A DNA stretch of 42,512 nucleotides. Source: Octopus sinensis (lineage: Eukaryota). The notes beneath the pieces were generated by a model that ran no database searches, was not told the origin of the DNA, and saw only the letters and a list, made by a program, of their open reading frames with translations. Positions within the stretch are counted from its first letter, which is position 1; the number at the start of each line of letters is the position of its first letter. The stretch lies in the NCBI RefSeq assembly GCF_006345805.1, contig NW_021835136.1, forward strand, positions 1 to 42,512, written 5' to 3'. Position numbers and translations under genes: made by a program. Below are positions 11,861-22,075 of the stretch, one piece after another.

Positions 11861-12003
11861 CATCATCAATGCCTTTGCTCTGTTCTGCATTGTAACATTG
11901 AGACATGTCTGGTTCTTGCCAGATACCAGTAAACGGTGAACACTTTTGTGATGACAGGTTTTGACTTGATGCCATTTCTGGATGCCCCATCGTTCTGGAA
12001 GAA
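11861..12003 (-). CDS. Adhesion-GPCR HormR (HRM) domain exon 2 (SSRTMGHPEMASSQNLSSQKCSPFTGIWQEPDMSQCYNAEQSKGIDD)
   Basis: Acceptor tttattttttcag, donor gtgagc; 143 nt, phase 2 to 1; C...G.W..PD.S.C motif typical of HormR domains. Confidence 0.85.
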
Positions 12004-12791
12004 CTGAAAAAATAAATGTTAAATATTGTCAGTCGAGTTTATTCATTCTGAGGAGAATTTCATCAGTCTCAGAGGAATATAAGAAACCTTCGAACTGGTC
12101 GTGATTTGAACTCATAATTTAGTGAAAGAAGGATAAATGGTGTCTTGCATTTGGGGGAGAAATCTATTATTTACTCCTGACCCCTATCCTCAAAACTAAT
12201 GTCAAATATTTTCTAACTAGAGTTCAGATATAAAAACAATATTCCTGCATCTGTTTTTATTTACAATAATTTCTTGTTTTTATGATTATTCAATACAAGA
12301 TTAGTTGGAACGGTGTAAGTGATGCAGAATTAAGGAGCCAAGTTGTTAGTTCAAGTTGAATGGGGGAATTAGTTGCTAATATTTCGCCACCATAGACATC
12401 AGTAGCAACAGCGGCAGCAATGGATTTATGTATATTTTCCTACATATGCACAGATTTGAGTGATTCCACCAGTTGGTCTTGTCTTAAAACTAATAAAGCT
12501 CAGCCTCTGGGAGGAACAATTTAGATGCTTAACCTGTGGAATGACGTGGTAGAAATGAGAGAAGAGAGACCGTATTATATAGTCTGTGATGAGTGAAATC
12601 CCAGGATGACCATCATGTACTAGCAAGATATATAGCTCTACAGTAATCATAAAATTGAATAAATAGTATTAGCCTGAAACCACAAGAAATCACTGATAGT
12701 TCTATTGGCTGTATCTAGGTATGTGCTTTCTTTGCTACAATTATTTTGTGAAATTCTGGAACTTACAAGAATCTTTAAATCTTTGAATAAT

Positions 12792-13165
12792 GCTGATTTC
12801 AAATTTTGGCAGCTATTTGGGGGGGGGTAGTTCGATACATAGACCCCAGTGGTACTTATTTTATCGATCCCGTAAGGGTAAAAGACAAAGTCGACCCTGG
12901 TGGCATTTGATCTCAGAATGTAAAGTCAGAAGAAATGCTGCTAAGCATTTTGTCCGGCATGGTAACGATTCCGCTAGCTCTCCACCATAAAGCCTTGTCT
13001 AATATTGGTTTCAAATTTTGGCACAAGGCCAGCAATTTCAGGGGAAGGGATAAGTCGTTTACACCAACCCCAGTGCTCAATTGGTATTTATTTCATCGAA
13101 CCGAAAAAATTAAAGGCAAAGTCGACCTTAGCGGAATTTGAACTCAGAACATAAAAACGAATGAA
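12792..13165 (-). mobile_element. Two tandem family 3 SINE copies (about 12792-12990 and 13005-13165)
   Basis: Repeated ttcaaattttggca..cccagtg..aaagtcgacc..atttga(a)ctcagaa blocks, similar to 11010-11196. Confidence 0.8.
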
Positions 13166-13405
13166 ATGAAAGCTTTGTATAATATTGGCGACAAAGCAAA
13201 CCTAGATAGTTAGGACAAGGCTAAATTATATCAAATAATGTATAAAATGTAAAAATGCTGGGACAAGAGATTGCAACCGATAGACGTTTAATTCTATCTT
13301 GTTAATCTATAAACCTGTTATTGCTCTACCAAGTAACATTCTCTCACAATAGGATGGCGCTGAAAACTTCAAACTTTGAGTAGAAATAAATCAATACAAA
13401 CGAAC

Positions 13406-13520
13406 CAATGCCTGGTGGCTACATTTCCATGACATGGGATCTCCGCAGTAGTTCCTATTTTTGTCATTGGCCAAGAGAAAGCTCGATTGTTAGTTGATGT
13501 TGTGCTTTCATCACAAACCA
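13406..13520 (-). CDS. Adhesion-GPCR HormR domain exon 1 (VCDESTTSTNNRAFSWPMTKIGTTAEIPCHGNVATRH[C])
   Basis: Acceptor ttggttctttttcag, donor gttcgt; 115 nt, phase 1 to 2. The terminal TG joins the T of the 12003 exon to make the conserved Cys. C...WP.T..G.TA..PC...ATR.C is the HormR pattern. Confidence 0.88.
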
Positions 13521-13556
13521 CTGAAAAAGAACCAAAACATGGATATAAGAGAAGCT

Positions 13557-13575
13557 AGTAGTAGTAGTAGTAGTG

Positions 13576-13625
<50 letters not shown>

Positions 13626-13626
13626 T

Positions 13627-13669
<43 letters not shown>

Positions 13670-13680
13670 CAGCAGCAGCA
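13557..13680. repeat. (TAG)n/(CAG)n microsatellite
   Basis: About 40 triplets, agt repeats grading into gca. Confidence 0.95.
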
Positions 13681-13861
13681 GTTAATGTTGGAAATAAATT
13701 GTTTGGACCACCTGCTGGCTGATTTGAGGACAATGATACATGAAGTGTTGCAAACATATACGGAGAGCATATATATTTATTCAAAATAGACAGATTTCTA
13801 GTTTTTCATTTAGTAGTTTGTAAAGAGATAAATGATTTAGAAATGAATTACAATCCCTTAC

Positions 13862-13956
13862 AAGACAAGGACCCAACCAGGCTCCATGCAATTCTTGGAA
13901 GTGTAGTCTATTCTTAACTAAAATGGCGACAATATGATTTTCTCCATATTCTTGCT
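13862..13956 (-). CDS. Candidate 95-nt exon (QEYGENHIVAILVKNRLHF...)
   Basis: Acceptor atatttgaacag, donor gtaagg, frame open; one base short of a symmetric phase 1-1 exon. Confidence 0.25.
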
Positions 13957-14623
13957 CTGTTCAAATATTTGAGAAAAATTACATTAAAGTGTCCTACTTA
14001 TTAAAATTCTATTTCTTTATTTATGCAGCTGAAGATGGCATTGCATTTAAATTGATGTAATTTTTGTATTGTTCAATTAAATTTAGCCGATTGAAACTGC
14101 ATAACTACTTGAGATCCTGTAGATTATATATATATATATTTTTTCTTATATATTCTTAAAAAACAATAAATAAAATAGAAATAGAGGTGTGTGCATATGT
14201 ATATATATATATTTTATATTTTCTCGAGCAATATATAACTGGTTACGGGATATGACTACTCAGAATGCTAGTCTGTTTCGCGGCCTCTAGTGTTGAATTT
14301 CGTCAATATATTGATCACTCTTTAGACATACTGACCGGAAGCGCAAAACCTAATGTACGCTAGAAATGGGTAGATGTTATATTGATTTGGCGATGGTGAA
14401 ATGAAATGAATGGAAACGAAGTGAAAATATATCCTTTTCCGGCAATGGGATATGATTTGTTCCTCTCTTATATCCCTTAGACACTGTTTAAATCGTATGA
14501 GCTGTGTGTATCTATCGATCCTAATGTAAAAATTAACTTGATCACTTCGTACGAAATGAATTTTCGCTGAGGAAAATTATTTGCAGCACTAAATAGTTTT
14601 CCTGTTTGAATTAAAGCAAGTAC

Positions 14624-14671
14624 TGGAATTGTTTGAATTTTTCTGCCCATTAGAGTCTGCATCTTCTACTT
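14624..14671 (-). CDS. Copy 2 linker exon 5 (VEDADSNGQKNSNNS), 48 nt, phase 1-1
   Basis: Acceptor ttctaattttgtatag, weak donor gtactt; in frame with exon 4 and with the HormR exon at 13520. Confidence 0.55.
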
Positions 14672-14836
14672 CTATACAAAATTAGAAGAAAACATTTTTG
14701 CCCTCGGTTAATTGGTATAATTAAAAAGAAACTGAGCAAAGACAAACAGTTCCGTAGTGACAAGAAACGGAAAAGCGCAAAATAAAATGCTTTTTTTTGA
14801 AATTATCCAAGCGTTGAGAAAATGTAAATAAATAGT

Positions 14837-14869
<33 letters not shown>

Positions 14870-15001
14870 GGGGGAAAGAGTCTGTGTGCTTGGTATCATC
14901 TACTGTGGTTGATGATGACGACAACGACTAAGAGGTTGGTGATTGATGAAGCTAATTATGACGGTAATGATGATTAAATTAATAAGAAACACGATACTTA
15001 C

Positions 15002-15118
15002 TTTCATCAATGAATTTCATGTGGCTTTTCTTAACTCCTAAGTTAAGCAATTCCTGGAAATTGTTCAAAACTTGGGAGATATTGCGCCGCAGTTGACTTT
15101 CAGTCATTTCGCTAAATA
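15002..15118 (-). CDS. Copy 2 exon 4 (FSEMTESQLRRNISQVLNNFQELLNLGVKKSHMKFIDE)
   Basis: Donor gtaagt; frame open; phase-1 acceptor tttactgtatag gives 117 nt. Alternative AGs at 15112 and 15157. Confidence 0.65.
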
Positions 15119-15238
15119 CTATACAGTAAATAGCAAATATTTTATTTCTGTTTGAGCTGAAATAAAAAATAAATACATACATGTATGTCGGTATGTATGT
15201 ATGTATGTAGCTAGCTAGCTAGCTAGAAATATACATAC

Positions 15239-15285
<47 letters not shown>

Positions 15286-15633
15286 TCGTTTAAAAGCTGC
15301 CCTGTTAATCCTTGGGTCCAACAATGACACCATGCATTGAGTACATATTAAATTTCATGAAACATGAATATTTCTCAAGCAATGAACAATTTTCATCAAA
15401 GCAATGATATAATTTGTCGACTCGGAACTTATTGCAAAGCTTCATGATAAACAACAGTACCACCACCATCGCCACCATATCTGCAATACACACGCCATCC
15501 AGACTTCTGACGCCATCACCATCAATACTTTTCATCACTTTCCGCTCCACCACCATCACCACTGTCTTTCACATCGCTTTCTATCAGTATATTCAAACAT
15601 AGCTTAGGATTGAATCATCATAGCTAAAATAAC

Positions 15634-15747
15634 CGCATTCAGTATGGTTGTGAACAGAATTAGTGAAGGAGGCTCGAACTACAAGCGGGTGACTAAAAGT
15701 TGGTCTTAAGAATATATTCGTCCAATGCACATGAAGGTCTTCGCTCC
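15634..15747 (-). CDS. Copy 2 exon 3 (SEDLHVHWTNIFLRPTFSHPLVVRASFTNSVHNHTEC); internal alternative acceptor at 15693
   Basis: Acceptor gatttatgcag; frame open; 33-nt in-frame indel versus copy 1; donor gttatt is weak. Confidence 0.5.
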
Positions 15748-15794
15748 CTGCATAAATCTTTGAATACACTTTATATATGTATTTATACATATAC

Positions 15795-16165
15795 AGGAGT
15801 GGCTGTGTGGTAAGTAGCTTGCTAACCAACCACATGGTTCCGGGTTCAGTCCCACTGCGTGGCATCTTGGGCTAGTGTCTTCTGCTATAGCTCCGGGCCG
15901 ACCAATGCCTTGTGAGTGGATTTGGTAGACGGAAACTGAAAGAAGCCTGTCGTATATATGTATATATATGTGTGTGTGTGTAGTGTGTGTGTTTGTGTGT
16001 CTGTGTTTGTCTCCCAAGCATGGCTGTGTGTACTCCCCGTCACTTAGCGGTTCGGCAAAAGAGACTGGGCTTACAAAGAATAAGTCCCGGGTCGATTTGC
16101 TCGATTAAAGGTGGTGCTCCAGCATGGCCGCAGTCAAATGACTGAAACAAGTAAAAGAGTGAAAA
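15795..16165 (+). mobile_element. Family 2 SINE, near full length, absent from copy 1
   Basis: Head ggagtggctgtgtggtaagtagc..ggttcagtccc and tail actgaaacaagtaaaagag. Confidence 0.92.
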
Positions 16166-16192
16166 AAGTGAGAAAGATACATATATATATAA

Positions 16193-16258
<66 letters not shown>

Positions 16259-16470
16259 CCTGGTTGGTTTTAAAATGTGTGTTAGCTACCTTCAATATTT
16301 TATAATCTTCACATTGCCATTTTGTGAAATCAGTCCCTAATTCCTATGGCATTCTCAATGATACTGAGAGGCGTGAGTTAGCCTCCACCAGCCGTAATGG
16401 AGTGAGCATTGCTGATGAGTATTAACTTCCTATAAGAAATTACCATGCTAATCTAATCCATCTGGCTTAC

Positions 16471-16490
16471 CGTGGGGAATGTTCTCCCCA
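16471..16490 (-). CDS. 20-nt microexon (GENIPH), phase 2 to 1
   Basis: Acceptor ctgtttgcattgacag, donor gtaagc; links exon M (phase 2) to the long exon 3 (phase 1) in frame. Confidence 0.5.
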
Positions 16491-17003
16491 CTGTCAATGC
16501 AAACAGACCATATGTCTTTTTGTGGCTAAGGAGTCTATGACTAATATTTCTAATAATACTGGTGCTCACTGCACTCTTTTCACACTTAGTGACTGTGAAT
16601 TATTTCCTTGTTGGTTTCAAATTGCCGATAGCCACCACAATTTATATATATACACACCCATATATGTGTGTGTATATATATGTGGTATATATATATGTGT
16701 GATGTATATGTATGTTTATATACATATATATAAATACAGCAATTTAATAAATAAAACATATGCATACATACATACATATATGTACATACCTACATCTATA
16801 TGTATATATACATACATATGAGTACAGGACACCACAAAAAAGCGTAGAACACAACGAGAAAACATAAAATCAAACTAGGAAAGGACTCTTTTCAACAACG
16901 AAAAACAGAGTACAAGACAAACAATACAAGGAACATTCCCCTTCTTCAGATGCCCCTGTTTCGACTCAATGCGTATGTATGTATATATATGTATATATAT
17001 ATT

Positions 17004-17072
<69 letters not shown>

Positions 17073-17154
17073 ATATATTATATATATATATACATATATT
17101 ATATATAGATATATATATTATGTATATATATATATGTATATATATATATACATA

Positions 17155-17193
<39 letters not shown>

Positions 17194-17437
17194 TATATAT
17201 ATCTATATCTACAACATATATATACAGTTCTCTCTGTATCTTTATATGGTTTTTTGTCCTTTGTATAATAAAACATGGATAAACACTTAAACATTTCATT
17301 GAATGTATGAATTAGTATATTGTGGGTCACAAGTACAACACTGTTGATTATTGTGACGTATAATACATGCGATAAAATCGAATGTTTGGAACAAAAGCAA
17401 ATAAATTTGAATAAATGTGTTAGAAGCATTTGCTTAC

Positions 17438-17490
17438 CCACAGTCTTCAACTCTAAATGTTCCCGTCACGGTTGAAAGGTCATGCTCCAT
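17438..17490 (-). CDS. Copy 2 exon M (MEHDLSTVTGTFRVEDC[G]), 53 nt
   Basis: Acceptor cttttgcag, donor gtaagc, frame open. Confidence 0.65.
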
Positions 17491-17502
17491 CTGCAAAAGC
17501 CG

Positions 17503-17552
<50 letters not shown>

Positions 17553-17617
17553 CATTAAATGAAAGAAACTGAGTTTGATTTTAAATCGTTGAGATGTATT
17601 GAAAAATAGATAAAGAA

Positions 17618-17930
17618 ATAATTTTATTCTGAAACGCAGGATAATGCTAATGATATAACGTGAACCGGATGAAATATCCATAATTTGCAGAAAAATCTGT
17701 CGGCGGCCAGCTATGTGACTACAACTCACACCCCTGTGATTACGCTTCAAGTGCTTTACCATTAAGCTAAACTGCGCGAACGACAAATACTTCTGCAAAG
17801 TTAGGCTATATACATCTAGCTTTATAAGACGCGTAATCTGGCCGCCGACAGAGTTTTCGGCAACAGGTGAATACGTTATCCTGTTCATGCTATACTATTA
17901 GCATTATCCTGCGTTTGAGAATATAATTAT
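17618..17930. mobile_element. MITE or fold-back element, ~310 bp
   Basis: Terminal inverted repeat ataatt(t/a)tattct(g/c)aaacgcaggataatgctaat, plus an inner inverted pair tctgtcggcggccag / ctggccgccgacaga; not present in copy 1. Confidence 0.8.
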
Positions 17931-18500
17931 ACATAAATATATTAGCTTGACACTCGGTAAAGTGGGGGAAATGAGAGGGTTTTTAATGTTCCGAGCATAT
18001 CTCTTTTTCAGAAAGGAAAACGAAAATGTTGAGAAGAAAAATATTACCAAAAGGAAGTGTGTGATTACATATGGTTTTATGTGTGTGTGTGGTGTGTGTT
18101 GGGTGTGTGTGTGTGGTGTGTGTAAACACAAGATTAGTGAATATTTGAGTAGGATTTTATTTACTGTCAGAATCGGAAATTATAAGACGGATATATTAAG
18201 ACAAAATAGTGGATAGAACAGTCTTTTTATTGACCAGAAAAAATTCAGTAAGTTAAAAAAAGAAAGTTTTATGTAATAGTTACTATCAGTAAATGGAGTT
18301 GAATGTCTCTGAATTTCATGAAACCTCACTATTTATTTGACGTTTCACATTTTTTTATAAAAATATGCATGTGTGTGTGTGTATGTGTGCGTGTGAGAGT
18401 GTGTATGTGTATGCATGTGTGCGCATGTTCAGTGCATATGTGTGCGTGCACGCGCGTCTGTGTACGGAGAAAGAGAGAGAGAGGGCAGATATCTACTCAC

Positions 18501-18582
18501 GGCTCTTGATATGTTCTCAGCGGGATTTTATATTCGTTGAACTTTTTAAAAATCAAACGAAATACGAGGGATTTTGTCCAGC
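18501..18582 (-). CDS. Copy 2 exon A (WTKSLVFRLIFKKFNEYK[N/I]PAENISRA after restoring one base)
   Basis: Acceptor atcaatccatag, donor gtgagt; 82 nt versus 83 nt in copy 1, with the missing base in AAAATCCC. Confidence 0.6.
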
Positions 18583-18710
18583 CTATGGATTGATATAGAA
18601 AATAATCTCTGCTTTTATAAATGAGACACGTCATAGATGCACATAAAACCCACATACGTAGAAAAAATATACATTCATAATCACATATACACTTAAAATA
18701 CTATATATAC

Positions 18711-18753
<43 letters not shown>

Positions 18754-19038
18754 ATATATATATATTATATTATTTCTATTCTACCTATTATATACGTTTT
18801 TATCATTATTATATTTGCAATTTACTTAGCATTGACATTTAATTATTATTTATTTTATATTTCTATTATATGTAATTTCTAGATGGTGTATGTATTTAAT
18901 TGTTCATTTTGAATTGATAAAAGCTGTTTTTTTTATTTTAATTTTTTATATATATCTTATAATGTGTGAAATTTGATTTAGTATTTCTAAATTTAATTTT
19001 TCCCTTGTAAGTTTGGATTTTATTCACTCAAATAATAA

Positions 19039-19104
<66 letters not shown>

Positions 19105-19107
<3 letters not shown>

Positions 19108-19232
19108 TTATCATTCCCTTTCTTCCTGTCGCTCTCTTCGTGTATCGGCTATCAATGCCTGCACATGGATGATTGGTTCCATACATCGTTAGGACCTTTC
19201 TTGACTTCCTGTCCAACTCCTTTAGCTTTCCT
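19105..19232 (-). mobile_element. Short R4/Dong-type LINE fragment
   Basis: LKELDRKSRKVLTMYG.HP.A.ID.RYTKR, the same segment as 10620-10760. Confidence 0.75.
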
Positions 19233-19234
19233 TG

Positions 19235-19700
19235 CGTGCCATTCGCCCCTCGGCCTCTTTTTGATCCACGACTGTTGTTCGGTAATGAGACGAGTTGCGG
19301 AATGCGTGCCTCACAAAAGGCGACCACACCTGTTCACCGTCGTCTACATAGAGCCGGAGGTGTCGCAGTCTCAGCGCGTGTCCGTGTCTGCGTATCATCA
19401 ACCATGGCACACCCAGTCCTCCTTTTAACGGGTGTTGACAGCAAATGGATCGCCTGACCATCGGGACGCATCCTTTCCACAAGAAGCGGAAGAGAATGCG
19501 TTGTAGTTTGGTGATGGTAGGGTCGGGACAAGGTACGACGGTCAGGCGGTAGTAGATGATGGACGCGACGTACATGTTCGCCACCTCCGCCCGAACTTTT
19601 AGGGACAGATTCCTCTCGGCCCATTGCTGGGCGAGAGTGACCACCCTACTCGTTATCTCGTTCCAGTTCTTCTCCATTTGGAGGTCGGGTATTCTGTTGT
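19235..19700 (-). mobile_element. Tx1/L1-clade LINE fragment (post-RT region)
   Basis: WAERNLSLKVRAEVANMYVASIIYY..LQRILFRFLWKG..HPLKGGLGVP. Confidence 0.85.
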
Positions 19701-20020
19701 GCATGGGTGACTGCCGGTCATCCATAAACAAACTTGCCCGGATATGTAACTTGGTGGGGAACTTTCTAGGTGCAATCTCCTGGTCAATCATTACAAAAGA
19801 GGATCTATAAAAGCATGCACTACCCTACCTCCTTCTCTTAGATCATTCCCTTATCCCCTAGCATGACACTGACCCAACCCCCACAGGACTTGTAGTTATG
19901 CGACCTGCATGGCAACCTCAATAGTCGGCTAGTATGATAAAAACACTGATCCCATGCTGTGAATTGGTTGGTGTTTGGAAGGGAATCTAACTACAAATAG
20001 GAGACCAAAGTAGACATTTA
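19700..20020 (+). repeat. Interspersed repeat, second copy at ~22222-22550
   Basis: Shared gcatgggtgactgccggtcatcc..aactttctagg..gaccaaag(t/c)agacatttata. Confidence 0.75.
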
Positions 20021-20059
20021 TATATATATATATATAATATGTATGTGTGTGTGTGTGTG

Positions 20060-20265
20060 TGTCTGTGTGCCTTTGTTTGTCCCCACAACATCGCTTGATA
20101 ACCGATGCCGGTGTGTTTACGACCCCGTTACTTAGCGTTTCGGCAAAATGAGAGCGATTGAATAAGTAATAGGCTTACAAAAAATAACTACTGCGGTCGT
20201 TTGCCTGTCCAAATGCGGTACTGCAGCATGGCAACAGTCAAATGACTGAAACAAGTAAAGCAATA
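20060..20265 (+). mobile_element. Family 2 SINE, 3' half
   Basis: caacatcgcttga(t)aaccgatg..agcatggc..gactgaaacaagtaaa. Confidence 0.8.
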
Positions 20266-20270
20266 AAGAC

Positions 20271-20369
<99 letters not shown>

Positions 20370-20479
20370 GAAGCAAAATTGAGGGGCACAATTGTGTACG
20401 AATACCCCATAGATATTTGATACAGAGTATATATGCGTGTTCCCAAAAAACAGTTTGTGTGAGATTTGGCACCTTACGA

Positions 20480-20709
20480 GGGGAGAAATGCCTGTCTTTC
20501 CTCTCAGCCAGGTTTCTCTAACTACTACCACATCCAAATTATGGGATCTGAGTCATTGAGGAAAATCCCTTGTTTCCAATTCGACGTCAGGCTGCGAACT
20601 TTTAAACACCCTACGTTGAGTGTATATATGAAGAAATAATTTGGTCTACCTTAGGTTAGAGATGGGCGTTAACCCCTAACGTTCCATTTATTTCGGAGCT
20701 TGTGAAGTC

Positions 20710-20743
<34 letters not shown>

Positions 20744-21295
20744 TGTGTGTGTTCCCGTTTATGTGTTGCTTTGTTTATGTCTCTGTAAAGCAACGTTGAG
20801 CGATACAGGACGGAAGAATAAGGACAGTGTACAAATAAATAAACAGGTCTAGTTAATCCGTCAGAAACACTTGAAGGCAGTGCTCCAGCATGGCCACAAT
20901 CCAATGGATAAAAGAAATCCAAGGTAAAGAGCAAACTGCTAAAACCTTCGATGTAAGGATGTTCTATAGATCTTATTACTGCATAACTCCAACCTCCCAT
21001 GCTTTACACTCTCCCTCCCTCTCCCTCTCACACACACACACACACCACCCACCCACACACACACCACACACAACCCATACACAAACAGACACAGGCAAAG
21101 AATTACAGGTACACACAGAATAAAAGCACACACGCAGAAATATACTCTAATATTAACAGGCATATTTTACGTCAATTAAATGACCTGTAATTGTGAGTTA
21201 CCTCCCTTAACATTATTCCGTTAATTTTTTTATGTGCTTTATATTTAAAGTTCTTTTTACGGCCTATCGTTTCCATTTTTTAAACATCGGAACGC
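20480..21295 (+). repeat. Unclassified ~0.85-kb composite repeat; direct copy at 28056-28920, partial copies at ~27340-27545 and ~28985-29075
   Basis: Colinear blocks: ctcagccagg..catccaaatt..tatttcggagcttgtgaagtctct..cagcatggccacaatccaatg..tttttacggcctatcgttt. Confidence 0.8.
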
Positions 21296-21487
21296 GGCCA
21301 TGCTGGAGCACTGCATTGAAGTGTTTAGTCAACCACACAGCGGGAAGTGCTTCTCTTTATTCAGATTGCTGCTTATTTGTTTGTTCTGTCTTCATATAAC
21401 AGCTACGTTACATGGATGTAAACAAAAACAGTGGATGTCAAGTGGTGAAGATTGGACAAACAGAAACATACATGGCTATATATGTAT

Positions 21488-21561
<74 letters not shown>

Positions 21562-21651
21562 TGTGTGAATTGTGTGTGTGTGCGTGTGTGTGTCTGTGTA
21601 TGTATATATATATATATATATATGTGTGTATATATATATATTTATATATAT

Positions 21652-22075
21652 ATAGGCGTATATGGCGCAGATTTAGCTCGCCCCTCTCCCTTTTTTGTGA
21701 AATACGTAGAAAAGATTGGAGATAATGATTCTGAAAAAAGTCATTGTTTGTAAAATTCCATTTATTCAAAAGAAAAATAAATAAATCTCACCTCCTGATT
21801 CTACGGTTTTCAACCAGGCTATCTACATGCTAGAAATAACAGCCATACCTCGAGCGAACTTTTTTGGGCACATAATTACAGTCTCTGTATCGAATGCTTT
21901 GCATTTTACCCCATGGGGCTACCGAGTCACTTCGTTACCATCATCTATCTCTTGTAGTTCCTACTATTCGTTTTCACTTTCTCTCTCCTTCCGCTTTGTG
22001 AAAGTACGTGACTCAATGGTAAGATCGCCAGGCTTACAATCAGGAGATAGTGAGATCGATTCATGGAACGGGCTG
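21652..22075 (+). repeat. ~420-bp repeat with an inverted copy at 34795-35222
   Basis: taggcgtatatggcgcagattta..ggaacgg is the near reverse complement of 34795-35222. Confidence 0.85.

Larger units (their letters stand above)
14150..18705 (-). repeat. Copy 2 of the duplicated SEA-like exon block
   Basis: Colinear with 1700-7400; carries its own SINE and MITE insertions. Confidence 0.92.

Noticed and set aside
13464-13784. Poly-Thr (mucin-like) and poly-Ser ORFs
   Set aside because: They are translations of a (TAG)n microsatellite in an intron, and the frame does not join the HormR exon.
15305-15562. Minus-strand ORF with a hydrophobic stretch inside the exon 3-4 intron
   Set aside because: Absent from copy 1, built partly on a GGT/GAT low-complexity tract, and has no donor.
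16408-16457. Hammerhead-like motif on the plus strand (CUGAUGA..GAAA..UC), paralogue at ~3070-3120
   Set aside because: Stem II starts with a G-A mismatch, the other stems are short and AU-rich, and copy 1 reads GAAT; probably chance.
16815-16975. Ribozyme in a small intronic repeat (CUGAAGA on the minus strand)
   Set aside because: GAAA and stem I are not arranged to close a hammerhead.
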